Shown one piece after another: positions 19,710 through 29,604 of a stretch of DNA of 64,000 bases; positions within the stretch are counted from its first letter, which is position 1, and each line of letters starts with the position of its first letter. The notes below the pieces were generated by a model. The model did not search any database. It had not been told where the DNA came from and saw only the letters and a list, made by a program, of their open reading frames with translations. Position numbers and translations under genes: made by a program. This DNA comes from Escherichia phage CMS-2020a. The stretch is taken from sequence record CP053388.1, one strand, 5' to 3'.

Positions 19710-20456
19710 TTAATCTGCGGGGTTAATCGTTACTGACTTAGTTGCCTTCTTACCACCGCTATTGCTGGTGAAGGAGATATTTGTAGAACCCTGCGCCACA
19801 CCACGTACCAGACCCGTTTGATCTACCGTGGCCTTTTTCTGGTCTTCGGATTCCCAAACACCGGTTTTGTCTGCGGCATCAGCTGGAGTAATTTCGACTG
19901 TCAGTTGCACAGTCTCCCCTGCTTTTACAGTTGGAGATTCCTGTTTGATCGACACGGTTTTTACCGGTTTAGGACCGCTCATTTTGCCCAGAACGCCTTC
20001 ATCATCCGGGTATGCGCTGAACTGAACAGAGAACACACGAACATCATCAGACTGGTAGGTCATAGTGAAGTTGCCCGCGGTTGCCGCTTTCGGGATGGTC
20101 AACACATAGTCGGTGGTGTCCTGCGGAGTCAGAACCAGCTCCTTCGCCACATCAATCAGGTTAACGCCCTGTGCAGATGTGATCGTGACAGAGCTGTCAT
20201 CTTCGCTCAGAGTAGAACCAGGCATCAGGTCAACCATGTTTTGGAGTACAGACTCAGCCAGAGGCGCGGTGATGGTAATGTTGCGCCCCTGAACTAATTC
20301 GGAAATTACGGTCTGCCCCAACTGATCGACGGTGACTTTCAGCGTTTCAGTGGCTACTTCAACCTGAACACCACCTTTGGTGTAACCCAAATCCACACCA
20401 CCAAACGACACCTTACAGGCACCAAGTTTGATGTTTTTTACATGGGTATTAGACAT
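19710..20456 (-). CDS. major tail protein with C-terminal Ig-like (Big_2) domain
   Basis: Start ATG at 20456 with AAGGAG RBS; C-terminal Big_2-type repeat. Confidence 0.75.
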   Translation of the reverse strand: MSNTHVKNIKLGACKVSFGGVDLGYTKGGVQVEVATETLKVTVDQLGQTVISELVQGRNITITAPLAESVLQNMVDLMPGSTLSEDDSSVTITSAQGVNLIDVAKELVLTPQDTTDYVLTIPKAATAGNFTMTYQSDDVRVFSVQFSAYPDDEGVLGKMSGPKPVKTVSIKQESPTVKAGETVQLTVEITPADAADKTGVWESEDQKKATVDQTGLVRGVAQGSTNISFTSNSGGKKATKSVTINPAD

Positions 20457-20504
20457 TGATGGAAAACTCCTTTTTCCGTTAATTCTACGCATTCATTGCG
20501 CTAA

Positions 20505-20524
20505 TAGTAAGTATATACTTACCA
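20505..20524. promoter_or_regulatory. motif B palindrome
   Basis: tagtaagtatatacttacca upstream of major tail gene. Confidence 0.5.
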
Positions 20525-20530
20525 ATTGAG

Positions 20531-20914
20531 TTAATTCAATAAATAGCCAGCAAATTCAACAGGAATGCCTGCTTCTATTAATGCCCCATCATTTTTGGGA
20601 TAAATGATTGGCATCGCCATCGGTCGTACAAGTCGAAAATAAACACCACCAGATTCCGTTTCCTCTACTGGAAACATCTCAATGATTTTATTGGCTTTCT
20701 CAACCGTCGTAGTAATTGACGAACCACGCACAATGATTGTGAATGATTCGTGATAAAAGCCCTGTAGCTCATGATCGATGCTGATACCGGTATTTGGGTT
20801 AATAAGCAGGACGCCAGATTTCACATTGGCAGGCAAGTAGTGACAGAAAATGTCAGTCCCGACCGTGCCAATCTTTGCCTTCTGCATCAAACTTGCAAAC
20901 GCTTCAATAAACAC
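20531..20914 (-). CDS. tail completion / terminator-like protein (start uncertain)
   Basis: ORF between neck genes and major tail gene; candidate GTG start with AGAGG RBS. Confidence 0.4.
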   Translation of the reverse strand: MFIEAFASLMQKAKIGTVGTDIFCHYLPANVKSGVLLINPNTGISIDHELQGFYHESFTIIVRGSSITTTVEKANKIIEMFPVEETESGGVYFRLVRPMAMPIIYPKNDGALIEAGIPVEFAGYLLN

Positions 20915-20915
20915 A

Positions 20916-21389
20916 TTAACCTCTCGTAAATCCGGCTTTTCTGGCAGCCTCAAGAATCGCTTCTGAGAACTGCTTCTCGCTAATTTCCACCGCTCTTTCC
21001 AGAAAGTGTGGCCCAACACGGGGTTTAACACCGGCAATTGGTGGGTTTGTCACGTTCTTCATTCGAGAAAGATAACCGAGTCGGTATTTACCCAGCTCCA
21101 TGTACTTAGCATAGTCACCGACTTCTACGCCCGGATGCCCCTGACGTGGTTTTGCTCCAGACACAGAAAGCTCAATGCGCAGCCCTGAATAACCTTCTTT
21201 AATCACCCTGGCAAAGATGGCTGTCTCCAGAGATCCGGTTTCCAGCGGGGCCATTGCACGGCTGAGGCGCTCAACCAAACGCGCCAGCTTTTCCATGTCC
21301 CGAATAAGATATCGCTTAAATGCTTTCTGGCTGTTGTTGAGTCTATTCCCCGCACGTTTGAACTGATGCGCATCGTATTTCAGACCCAT
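20916..21389 (-). CDS. neck / tail-component protein (HK97 gp10-like)
   Basis: PLETGSLETAI and GDYAKYMELG segments resemble the HK97 gp10 family. Confidence 0.55.
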   Translation of the reverse strand: MGLKYDAHQFKRAGNRLNNSQKAFKRYLIRDMEKLARLVERLSRAMAPLETGSLETAIFARVIKEGYSGLRIELSVSGAKPRQGHPGVEVGDYAKYMELGKYRLGYLSRMKNVTNPPIAGVKPRVGPHFLERAVEISEKQFSEAILEAARKAGFTRG

Positions 21390-21820
21390 ATATTCGCCCC
21401 TACTTCAAGATGCCCAGGTCTTCCTCGTAGCCCCCAGCGGCGATGAACACTGGACGCCTTTAATTTTTGACCTTCAAGGATCAGTACATCATCAAGTTGT
21501 ACAGCCGCTTCTAAAGGGACTACTAACACAGCATCAAACAGCTCCAGACTCGCCTTACCACGACTACCAGAGCTATCAGCACGAACTGACGATTTCTCAT
21601 TACTCTGTTCGAACTTAACCACGCCGACATTCGTCTTCCTGACGAATTGTAATTGCGCCTCACCGTAAACGTTCTTTGCGCCAAAGCGGTAGATCGCAAT
21701 TTCTGTTTGCCATGAAATATTCATGCTCTCTCCCTGTTGTTGTCGGTCGCTCTCATTACTGGCCAAAAACCCTTTCGACCAAAAGTAAATAATGCGACTG
21801 GCGTTACGCACGGCGAACAA
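21380..21820 (-). CDS. head-tail connector-type protein (hypothetical)
   Basis: Position in neck gene block; start may be the internal MNISWQ. Confidence 0.4.
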   Translation of the reverse strand: MFAVRNASRIIYFWSKGFLASNESDRQQQGESMNISWQTEIAIYRFGAKNVYGEAQLQFVRKTNVGVVKFEQSNEKSSVRADSSGSRGKASLELFDAVLVVPLEAAVQLDDVLILEGQKLKASSVHRRWGLRGRPGHLEVGANIWV

Positions 21821-22637
21821 TCATACGGTTGTTGATGTAACTGACCAGCAAGCGCCAGGTACTACGAGCCACATGCACGTTTGCAGCTTTACCGGTACGG
21901 TACATGTTGGTTGTTTCACCGATGGACTCTGACAAAATGCCATCCTCTCGTGCTGCGGCTACATCATTGCCATTTGCGATCTCACACGCTTCGTTGACAA
22001 CGGCAAGCATCAACGCTTCTTTGAAGTAGTCAGGGAACTCTTCAAACTTCTCCTGCGTCATCTTTTCCCAATCGACTAAATCATGCCGGTACGCTCCATC
22101 TGCTCCCCACGGAATGTCATACACATTCAGCATATTTTGAGGGCGATCGTATCGGTCAAAGTCGATACGTAGAATTTTGCGGATTGAGAACGGTAAAGTT
22201 TTAATTCGTCTGGTAGCCTCAATGAGACGCTTGCGCATTAAGCCTTCACCATCCGACAGCAAAGTGTCCCCATTCAGCATATCGATCGCCTGCATTTGAG
22301 CATCAGCGACAGTTGCAAACGACTGTTCTGGTATCGACAGTTCAAAACTATTCAGCAGAACATACATTTGCCGCTCTTCATGCGTCAGACCCGATGCAAC
22401 AGCCTTCACAATGACGTACCGCAGATCTCGCTCTTTCTCAGAGAGCTGGTTATATTCAGCCGACACGACAACCGGAATCGACATTTGACCGCTGGTAATT
22501 TCTAGCGGCTCGCCATCAACGAGAATAGCCCCGGTGCTGTCCTTTACTGTGTAGGTAGCAGATTCGATATCCAGCACGTTGAAGGCAAATGAAAGAGAAA
22601 CAGCTTCACCGCTACGATACGAGTCGATCTGCGCCAT
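21804..22637 (-). CDS. hypothetical virion protein
   Basis: 277-aa ORF in head/neck block. Confidence 0.45.
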   Translation of the reverse strand: MAQIDSYRSGEAVSLSFAFNVLDIESATYTVKDSTGAILVDGEPLEITSGQMSIPVVVSAEYNQLSEKERDLRYVIVKAVASGLTHEERQMYVLLNSFELSIPEQSFATVADAQMQAIDMLNGDTLLSDGEGLMRKRLIEATRRIKTLPFSIRKILRIDFDRYDRPQNMLNVYDIPWGADGAYRHDLVDWEKMTQEKFEEFPDYFKEALMLAVVNEACEIANGNDVAAAREDGILSESIGETTNMYRTGKAANVHVARSTWRLLVSYINNRMIVRRA

Positions 22638-23071
22638 TACTCACCGCCTTGTGCTTTCAGGATGCCTTCAATCATCTCGACAATTCCTTTCGCTTTGACA
22701 CCAACCTGATTACCAATAACTCGTAGACCGGCAATACCTTCGTTGTCTGCAATGGACTCCAGCTCTTCTCGTGTGAAAGCCTGGATCTGTTTGGCCGGTT
22801 CATCTGGTGTTCCACGTTTCATTGGCACAATGTCAGGCGCTGCTGGCTCGGTAATCAGGTCTGCTGTCAATTCACCACGATCACTGTATGCGGCAGACGG
22901 AGAAACATTTTTGCCCTCTACTGTTGACGCTCGCATTGAAGCACAAATCCTCTGCTGATCGATAAAAGGCAACTCCGCTACGGATACCCCGTTCTCGAAC
23001 TGAACGCCGCACAGCATTCCCGAATAACCGGAAAATTGCGGTTCTAATAAAACAATTTTTGCTGGTTTCAT
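22637..23071 (-). CDS. hypothetical virion protein
   Basis: 144-aa ORF downstream of decoration gene. Confidence 0.45.
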   Translation of the reverse strand: MKPAKIVLLEPQFSGYSGMLCGVQFENGVSVAELPFIDQQRICASMRASTVEGKNVSPSAAYSDRGELTADLITEPAAPDIVPMKRGTPDEPAKQIQAFTREELESIADNEGIAGLRVIGNQVGVKAKGIVEMIEGILKAQGGE

Positions 23072-23115
23072 AACGCTTTCTCTCCTCTTGGGCGGCTTTC
23101 GCCGCCCAATGTCGG

Positions 23116-24036
23116 TTATTCCTGTGCGGCAGTGACCTCTACGGTCGCTGTCGCTTTGTGGCTACCATCTTGGGTAGTAACCTCGATTGTGGCAGTACCA
23201 GCCGCAACACCAGTTACAACACCGGTTTCGCTGTCCACCGTTGCAAACTCGGTATTTTTAGATTCCCAAGTAACGGTTTTATTTGTGGCTCCTGCCGGCT
23301 CGACATTTGCGGTCAGCTGAACAGTTTTGTTTGCCTCAACGGTTGTGCTATTTGGGTCGATTCCGACGCCGGTAACAGCCACAACAGGCGCAGTTACTTC
23401 CACCGTTGCAGTTGCCTTTTTGCTGCCATCTTGGGAAACGATCTCAATCGTCGCAGTGCCAACTTCTACACCAGTAACGTTCCCGCTCTGGTCTACCGTT
23501 GCCTTGTCTTCATTTTTGGAAGACCAGGTAACTGCCTTATTCGTCGCATTTGACGGCTGAACATTCGCTTTCAGACTGACTGATTTCCCTTTCTCAACAG
23601 AGGTTGAGTCTGGCGTTACCGTTACGGATTTAACGGCTACCGGATTTACGGTGACTTCCACTGACGCGGAAAGCTGGGTTTCCTGATCAGTTGCGGTAAT
23701 TTTCACTTTGCCTGGGGCTACGCCAGTTACTAATCCAGTGCCGTTAACGGTTGCAATTTGATCATTGGCTGACTTCCAGGTAAATGAACTGGCACTCTTA
23801 CCCATACTAATACCTGCACTAAGTTGAACAGTTTTCCCAACCAAAACTGATGGTGAAGCCGGAGTTATGTTTACGGATTGGGAGAAGGGAACCGCCTGCA
23901 AACAAGCAGATAGCTGACTTTGTTGCCGCTCGGTTAAAGGTTCATCGGAGATAGAATTGGTAAATCCGGCGCGGCACATATGCCCCGTAAAATCCGAAAA
24001 TGCCTCTTCCGTAATCTTCATCTTTTGTTCTGGCAT
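23116..24036 (-). CDS. Ig-like (Big_2) repeat protein, probable capsid decoration
   Basis: Four tandem Big_2-type repeats (VTV.P.S.....G..V.L.A.V.P..ATNK.VTW.S); immediately after capsid gene. Confidence 0.6.
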   Translation of the reverse strand: MPEQKMKITEEAFSDFTGHMCRAGFTNSISDEPLTERQQSQLSACLQAVPFSQSVNITPASPSVLVGKTVQLSAGISMGKSASSFTWKSANDQIATVNGTGLVTGVAPGKVKITATDQETQLSASVEVTVNPVAVKSVTVTPDSTSVEKGKSVSLKANVQPSNATNKAVTWSSKNEDKATVDQSGNVTGVEVGTATIEIVSQDGSKKATATVEVTAPVVAVTGVGIDPNSTTVEANKTVQLTANVEPAGATNKTVTWESKNTEFATVDSETGVVTGVAAGTATIEVTTQDGSHKATATVEVTAAQE

Positions 24037-24080
24037 TTCTTGCTCCTACAAAAAGGGTGGGCGTATAGCCCACCCTTAAA

Positions 24081-24100
24081 CATAGATAATTACTTATCTA
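24081..24100. promoter_or_regulatory. motif B-like palindrome
   Basis: catagataattacttatcta. Confidence 0.4.
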
Positions 24101-24109
24101 CAACACTGA

Positions 24110-24985
24110 TTAAATTTTTACATTGGTCAGTGCAGCGATAGCCTTATCGTGCTTATTCGCCAGAGAGCAGTACCACTTCACACGGGTACGTACTGCGTCT
24201 TTGTTCTGTACAGTACCAATGTTTTCAACAACGATACCTGCGTTGTCGCCGCCATACAGACCAGTAACGCCGTTCTCTTCTGACAGATGCAGGCAGTAGA
24301 TGCTTGCTTTGCCAGCATCGGTCGGAATGAAGTCGTTTACGATAAACGGAACGCCGTTATGGCACAGCATCGGACGACCGAAGTTCTCCATCATGATTTC
24401 AGACGGACCTACGTTTACTGTACGCAGCAGCGCACGGTAAGCACGCAGGTGCTCTGAACGCATCATGATGCAGTCAGCACCAAGATCTTTCACCGCATCG
24501 ACCAGTTCGTCGAACATGGAGAAAGTCATAGATGCACCGGCGATATCGATCTTCTGATCTGCGTGCATCAGGCGTGGAATGCCGTCAAACGCCTTGTTGT
24601 TAGTGGTGGAGTCGCCAACAATCAGATTGCGACGGAAGGCACGAGCCAGACCTTTGACTTTCTGACGAACCTGGATAGCCAGCTGGTTGTTGGTATCAGC
24701 CATAGTGGTAGCCAGGAATTTGTCGACGTCAACGTCGCCAGCCAGAATGCGCAGCTTCGCAACTTTCTCTTCGAAGGTTGCTGCACCTTCGGTGATGGTG
24801 TCGTTCACATCAATGAAAGTAGCTTCGCTCAGCGTTTTTTCACGGTTGTACAGATATGCCTTTGAATTAATTTTCATAAAAGGCAGGATGGCAAACAGGT
24901 CATCGCGATCGATGATAGTTTCGATCACACCCTGTTCAAGTTCGTTGTTAGACAGCTTTTCAGCTTCTTCACGCAGTAATGGCAT
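24110..24985 (-). CDS. major capsid protein (putative)
   Basis: 291-aa ORF after scaffold gene and before decoration gene; highly expressed-type codons. Confidence 0.55.
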   Translation of the reverse strand: MPLLREEAEKLSNNELEQGVIETIIDRDDLFAILPFMKINSKAYLYNREKTLSEATFIDVNDTITEGAATFEEKVAKLRILAGDVDVDKFLATTMADTNNQLAIQVRQKVKGLARAFRRNLIVGDSTTNNKAFDGIPRLMHADQKIDIAGASMTFSMFDELVDAVKDLGADCIMMRSEHLRAYRALLRTVNVGPSEIMMENFGRPMLCHNGVPFIVNDFIPTDAGKASIYCLHLSEENGVTGLYGGDNAGIVVENIGTVQNKDAVRTRVKWYCSLANKHDKAIAALTNVKI

Positions 24986-25010
24986 CTATCAATTCCCTTT
25001 GATTTAGATG

Positions 25011-25898
25011 TTACTTAAGTCCAATTTTCCCCAGACCGGAGGCCAACTTATCCATAGTCGACTTGTTCTTCGGTTGGGATATTGTGTAGGTCGATTTGGA
25101 ATGTGAGCCTACACCCTGCTTGGCTTCGCTACGCATCAATGCGTCAGCTTCCGGATCTGCCCGCACAATGCGTTCAATCGCGGATTCAAACGGCAACGGC
25201 TTACCTTCACCGTCAACCAGAACAGCTCGTTCTTTATGACCTGCCGGTTTGTCATAACCCACTACGCTACCGTCTTCACCCACTTCAAAATGAGAACCGT
25301 AGATCACGCGGGCTTTTGCCGGGGTCATCAGAACTTTGTCACGTAGGAAGAGAGAGTTACTGAAGGAAGCGCCCACGGTCATCTCGACTAATTGAGATTT
25401 CAGTGATGCGTTTTCACTTTCCAGTGCTGTATAACGTTCGTCACGCTGTGCCAGCTCTGCCTGGTGTGCTTCGATCATCTGTTTTTTAACAGCATCGAAC
25501 TCACCACGACGCTCCAGTTCAGCTTGCTCCGCCTCACGACGTGCATTTTCTGCGGCCTGTTCAGCTTCTAAAAGCTGGCGAGCACGCGCCGGGTCGATAT
25601 CACCGTACTGAGCAAGCTGATCGGCCAATGTGCGCTCTTTCTCTTTGCGCTTCATGTTCTCCTTCAGCAGTTCAGCACCAGCTTTCTTGGTTTTACGAAG
25701 TTCGGCCAGTAACTCTTCCTGAGTCATGCCAGCGTATTCGTCATCGCCCTTCGGCTGCTCTTTTTGTTCACCCTGTTTGTCAGGATCTTGTGTGCTCTGC
25801 TCATTATCAGCAGCTACACCGCCAGCGCCTCCACGCTCATGCGCTTCAGCGACATCCATCAGACCACGACGGGCCAAAAGCATTTGCCACAGATTCAT
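25011..25898 (-). CDS. scaffolding protein (putative)
   Basis: Acidic, coiled-coil-rich 295-aa protein between portal and capsid genes. Confidence 0.5.
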   Translation of the reverse strand: MNLWQMLLARRGLMDVAEAHERGGAGGVAADNEQSTQDPDKQGEQKEQPKGDDEYAGMTQEELLAELRKTKKAGAELLKENMKRKEKERTLADQLAQYGDIDPARARQLLEAEQAAENARREAEQAELERRGEFDAVKKQMIEAHQAELAQRDERYTALESENASLKSQLVEMTVGASFSNSLFLRDKVLMTPAKARVIYGSHFEVGEDGSVVGYDKPAGHKERAVLVDGEGKPLPFESAIERIVRADPEADALMRSEAKQGVGSHSKSTYTISQPKNKSTMDKLASGLGKIGLK

Positions 25899-25919
25899 AA
25901 AAATTCCTTTTGTTACTTA

Positions 25920-27494
25920 TCACTCGTTCTCTTGAGTAGATGAGTCCCCATTCCCTCGGGGTTGATCTTGCCCGCTTTCTTGGGCTGCACCACGATAATA
26001 AGTAAGTACTGACTTATTTTCAAGGGTATTTAGATCATTTTTTGGAGGAAAATTCAAGAGATCTTTATCAAATTCCTTTTTCATCGCCTCAGTAATGTTC
26101 GGGAAAATCTTCTCAATAAGCATTTCCATCTGGTGACGACGTACAGAGTCCGGTGCCTGAAGTAATGACAGTTTCTCGGCAACAGAAAATTCATCAGTAA
26201 GGCCACGAATATCGAAACTTTCTGGATACGCAATTAAAGAGTGGTCTTCGTCCAGATCTGCCCCCATCCATTTCGCAACCAGTAGCATGATTTGGCGTTC
26301 AGCCCTTTCCAGACGCTCTGCTTTTGTGACAAGCAAGCTATTTACACGCTGGAAGTCATACATTTTTGCGGCACCAGATGAATTATCGATTCCCTGTGCG
26401 TTGTCCTGCTTCGTTCGCTCACCAGCTACACCAACTGAATGGTAGATTTCGTTAATCACCGTCTTAATCGTAGTGATGATCATCTGAGCTTGTTTCGGGT
26501 CTGGTGACAGATAAAACGGCTGGTTTCCACCTTCAGAATCGTAGGTGAAGACTCGCTTTGTGCCCATTTCAAGCACTTTAGTGTGGTTTTCATCACCAGG
26601 TAAAAGCGACTGTACCGGTATAGCCAACTGGCTAAATGTCTGATCCTGAATAATGGCATCAAGGTTTGACAGATAGTTTGCAACCGCACGATCAAGATAA
26701 GCGATATCATCGATCAACGATGGGCTGAAATACGGTGATTCACTTTCTCCAATACAATCAACAGGAAACACAGGAACTACGCCGAGATTATGCTCACCGC
26801 TATCCTCTAAAATAACTTTTGCCTGACGGCGACCTGCTCCACCAGCGCCCTTCTTCACTTCCTCACGGAACAGATACCACTCGTTTTGTGTCCACAGACG
26901 ATAACGTTGGTATTCCTGACCTGTAGAAGTAAAAGGATCTGCGTCATCACGAGCGACTTCCACAATTAACGCCCACAACATATTCCCGTCGTCGTCCCAT
27001 GCCACATCCAGCATTTGCTGAGGTGAAATCCAGTAGGCGTAGGCGCGAGCATCTTTCTTTTTCTCGTCAGCTACTGACTCAACATCACCACTCATCGTGC
27101 TATCGACAACAACCCATATGCGACCGTAAATAGACGACTGCAAATCAATAGCGGCCATAAATGAGTCAATAGAGGCATTCTGGCGAGTCGCACGTTTCCA
27201 GAAATTGCGGATCTGCTCTGGTGCCTCTTCGATATTTCTATGAATGTCTTCTTTAAAGAGATATTTGTTGATGAGGTTTACCACCTCACGAGTGTGGTTG
27301 AAGCGATAAGCACGTTCAACTCGCTCCTTAAACTCCTGATCTCCCTCTTTAAAGTAACGAAAGATATTGTCTGTAAACCAACCACGCCCGCCAGCGTAAG
27401 TGCTGGCGAGGAAGTCCCAATGTTCTTTTTTCTTTTCGTATTCCGGGTGGCGTCGCGCCACCAGATCCTTAATTTGTTTGTCGTTCAATTCCAT
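25920..27494 (-). CDS. portal protein
   Basis: 524 aa, immediately downstream of terminase large subunit. Confidence 0.75.
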   Translation of the reverse strand: MELNDKQIKDLVARRHPEYEKKKEHWDFLASTYAGGRGWFTDNIFRYFKEGDQEFKERVERAYRFNHTREVVNLINKYLFKEDIHRNIEEAPEQIRNFWKRATRQNASIDSFMAAIDLQSSIYGRIWVVVDSTMSGDVESVADEKKKDARAYAYWISPQQMLDVAWDDDGNMLWALIVEVARDDADPFTSTGQEYQRYRLWTQNEWYLFREEVKKGAGGAGRRQAKVILEDSGEHNLGVVPVFPVDCIGESESPYFSPSLIDDIAYLDRAVANYLSNLDAIIQDQTFSQLAIPVQSLLPGDENHTKVLEMGTKRVFTYDSEGGNQPFYLSPDPKQAQMIITTIKTVINEIYHSVGVAGERTKQDNAQGIDNSSGAAKMYDFQRVNSLLVTKAERLERAERQIMLLVAKWMGADLDEDHSLIAYPESFDIRGLTDEFSVAEKLSLLQAPDSVRRHQMEMLIEKIFPNITEAMKKEFDKDLLNFPPKNDLNTLENKSVLTYYRGAAQESGQDQPRGNGDSSTQENE

Positions 27495-27505
27495 TTGAAT
27501 AACCT

Positions 27506-27528
27506 TAGATAACTACTTACCTATCGAG
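27506..27528. promoter_or_regulatory. motif B palindrome
   Basis: tagataactacttacctatcgag between terL and portal genes. Confidence 0.5.
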
Positions 27529-28777
27529 AACCACCAAGAATAACACGGTTTTTGACTGGATACCTACGATGTACTGGATAGCCCAATGCGTCTGCACTAT
27601 GCTCAATGCCACCTGTCTTATCCATATCTCGTGTTCCAGGCTTGTAGATGACTTTTTCCAGTGAATCAATCAAATGCTTGCACTTCGGATCGATATACAG
27701 CCGGATATCTCCAGATGCGGACATCAGCATTCGGTTAACAGCATTAACACGATCCGCAATTGGCGGGTGCTTTTTCGAATAATCGACACGTAAGAATCCC
27801 TTCTCTTTGAATATGTCTACGTCAGACTCCCCACGAGCATGTTGGCGATAAGCACCTGCCGGATCTGGAAATACCGTTACCTGTGATTTCCAGCGCCAGA
27901 AGCGTCTCTCAAGCTCATCACAAACTTCTGCCGTGTTAGAGGAAAAGAGCACCAATTCATCAATTGCCCATAGCTCACCATTTGGCTGAGGTTGCAAAAT
28001 TACTGAAGACATCGGGTCAATGTTGAAGTCCTGCCCTACCCATATAGGCAACCGAGGGTTGAACTGAAGCGGTTTTACATGCACGTTACGATCGAACGGG
28101 TAGTAAACGCGCCCGGACATGTTCTCAAAGCTGGCCAGGTACTCCTGAGCGAACGATTTGGGGTCCATATCGTTCTTAGCAGCTTCAATTTCCGCCGTAG
28201 GTACAAACGGAGAATCGGCAGTTACAAACTGCCAGCTCTTCCACTGTCCCTTTCTTTGCAGCTCTACGTTCTGGCCTATCGTCCACAGTTTGTGAAATTC
28301 CGAGAAGCCTTTTGGCGTACCAATGATCAGTGCACCGCCGCGTGTCGATGAAAGAGTAGGTCGTAACACCTTGTACCAGGTGTCAGCCTTCATATCCTGA
28401 AATTCATCAAGCACTACAAAATGCAACGCTACGCCGCGCAGAGTGTCAGGCTTATCAGCACCTTTGAGGGCGATCTCCGAACCGTTCTTCAACACGATTG
28501 TCATCGTGGTGTCGTTCTTTTTCCTAACCCACTTACGAGGCAGAACTTCCTGTAGATCGTCCCACAAAATCTGGCGAGCCATCTGGTAAGTAGGAGCGAC
28601 ATACCAGACCCTTTGCTTTTTTTCCTTTGCCGCCGCACGAATAATAGTGGAGATCGACAACCGGGATTTTCCCCAGCGTCGACCAGCACAAACAACTTTA
28701 AATCGATGCGGAGACTGGAAGACTTTCATCTGTCCAGAATGCAGTTGCACAAGACTGAGCGAGGACGGGATTGCCAT
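27521..28777 (-). CDS. terminase large subunit
   Basis: Walker A-like CAGRRWGKS, Walker B VVLDEF, C-terminal nuclease-type Asp motifs (DFNIDP, DPAG). Confidence 0.85.
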   Translation of the reverse strand: MAIPSSLSLVQLHSGQMKVFQSPHRFKVVCAGRRWGKSRLSISTIIRAAAKEKKQRVWYVAPTYQMARQILWDDLQEVLPRKWVRKKNDTTMTIVLKNGSEIALKGADKPDTLRGVALHFVVLDEFQDMKADTWYKVLRPTLSSTRGGALIIGTPKGFSEFHKLWTIGQNVELQRKGQWKSWQFVTADSPFVPTAEIEAAKNDMDPKSFAQEYLASFENMSGRVYYPFDRNVHVKPLQFNPRLPIWVGQDFNIDPMSSVILQPQPNGELWAIDELVLFSSNTAEVCDELERRFWRWKSQVTVFPDPAGAYRQHARGESDVDIFKEKGFLRVDYSKKHPPIADRVNAVNRMLMSASGDIRLYIDPKCKHLIDSLEKVIYKPGTRDMDKTGGIEHSADALGYPVHRRYPVKNRVILGGSR

Positions 28778-29409
28778 TATTCGTCCTCCCCTTCACTTCC
28801 ATCATCTGTCGCATCAAATTCGCTTAGAGCTTCTTCTTCCAACGTCTCAAGCAATTCGTCATCGATGATTTCAGGCTCGTCGTCTTCCTGACGTAATTTC
28901 GCCACCTGGGAAGGCGTAAGCTCACCAAATACCAGGTTCGGAATTTCTTCCTCGTCATTTTCCGCATGATCCATGCCCAATGCTTTGGACGAAACTTCAA
29001 AGCATTTTGCAAGGGTATTACTGGCTCTCTGTAAGCTCTTGAGAGAATCCTCAATCGCCCCTAAAGGCTTACCCTCACGTTTGGCCGTAGTGACTTCGAC
29101 CATCACCATCTGCCCCAACGCATACGCCCAGCCGTCATAACGTGTACGACGTTCTTCTATCTTTTCCGCACGGGCTTTAGCGCGAAGCTCTGCGTCAGAT
29201 TTAAGAGACTCACGAACCATCTTCCCAACAGAGTCCGCGCCTTTCTCTAATCCTCGCTTTTTGAAATGTCTGGAGAGTGTTTCACGACGAATGCCGTACT
29301 CTTCCTCCAGCTTTGAGAGTGTATATTCGCCTGACGTCCATTTGGCTTCAGCTTCGGCCCACTCCGCTGGTGTCAGGCGAGTTTTTACCTCGTCTTTTTC
29401 GACCGTCAT
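28777..29409 (-). CDS. terminase small subunit (putative, HTH plus acidic tail)
   Basis: N-terminal HTH-like region, acidic C-terminus, immediately upstream of terL. Confidence 0.6.
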   Translation of the reverse strand: MTVEKDEVKTRLTPAEWAEAEAKWTSGEYTLSKLEEEYGIRRETLSRHFKKRGLEKGADSVGKMVRESLKSDAELRAKARAEKIEERRTRYDGWAYALGQMVMVEVTTAKREGKPLGAIEDSLKSLQRASNTLAKCFEVSSKALGMDHAENDEEEIPNLVFGELTPSQVAKLRQEDDEPEIIDDELLETLEEEALSEFDATDDGSEGEDE

Positions 29410-29418
29410 AGATCCCTC

Positions 29419-29450
29419 TAAAACACACAGAGCGCGTCCATGCGCTCTAA
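29419..29450 (-). terminator. hairpin plus U-tract in terS leader (candidate regulated terminator)
   Basis: Minus strand reads AGAGCGCATGGACGCGCTCT followed by GTGTGTTTT, then GAGGG RBS and terS ATG. Confidence 0.5.
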
Positions 29451-29492
29451 AACAACTTGTTTACTGCATCTGCTAACCAACTTGTTTTCTGG
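29448..29492. promoter_or_regulatory. two copies of motif A (AAACAAnTTGTTT palindrome) upstream of terS
   Basis: aaaacaacttgtttac and aaccaacttgttttctgg. Confidence 0.55.
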
Positions 29493-29525
29493 GGTGTTTA
29501 ATTAGGTCTGGCATGTCTTACGAAG

Positions 29526-29580
29526 CCTGCTTCCGTATATATTTAATAAGTTACTTATTATTTATATATACAGAAGCAGG
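29526..29580. repeat. 55-bp near-palindrome, copy 1
   Basis: cctgcttccgtatatat ... atatatacagaagcagg arms with central AATAAGTtACTTATT palindrome; copy 2 at 59621-59677. Confidence 0.8.
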
Positions 29581-29604
29581 TCTTTAAATAAGCTCCCAGA
29601 CCGA

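Noticed and set aside
29526-29580. 55-bp near-palindromes considered as N15-type telomere resolution (telRL) sites
   Set aside because: Two separate internal copies, imperfect symmetry and no protelomerase gene in the window; the terminator or binding-site interpretation is kept instead.
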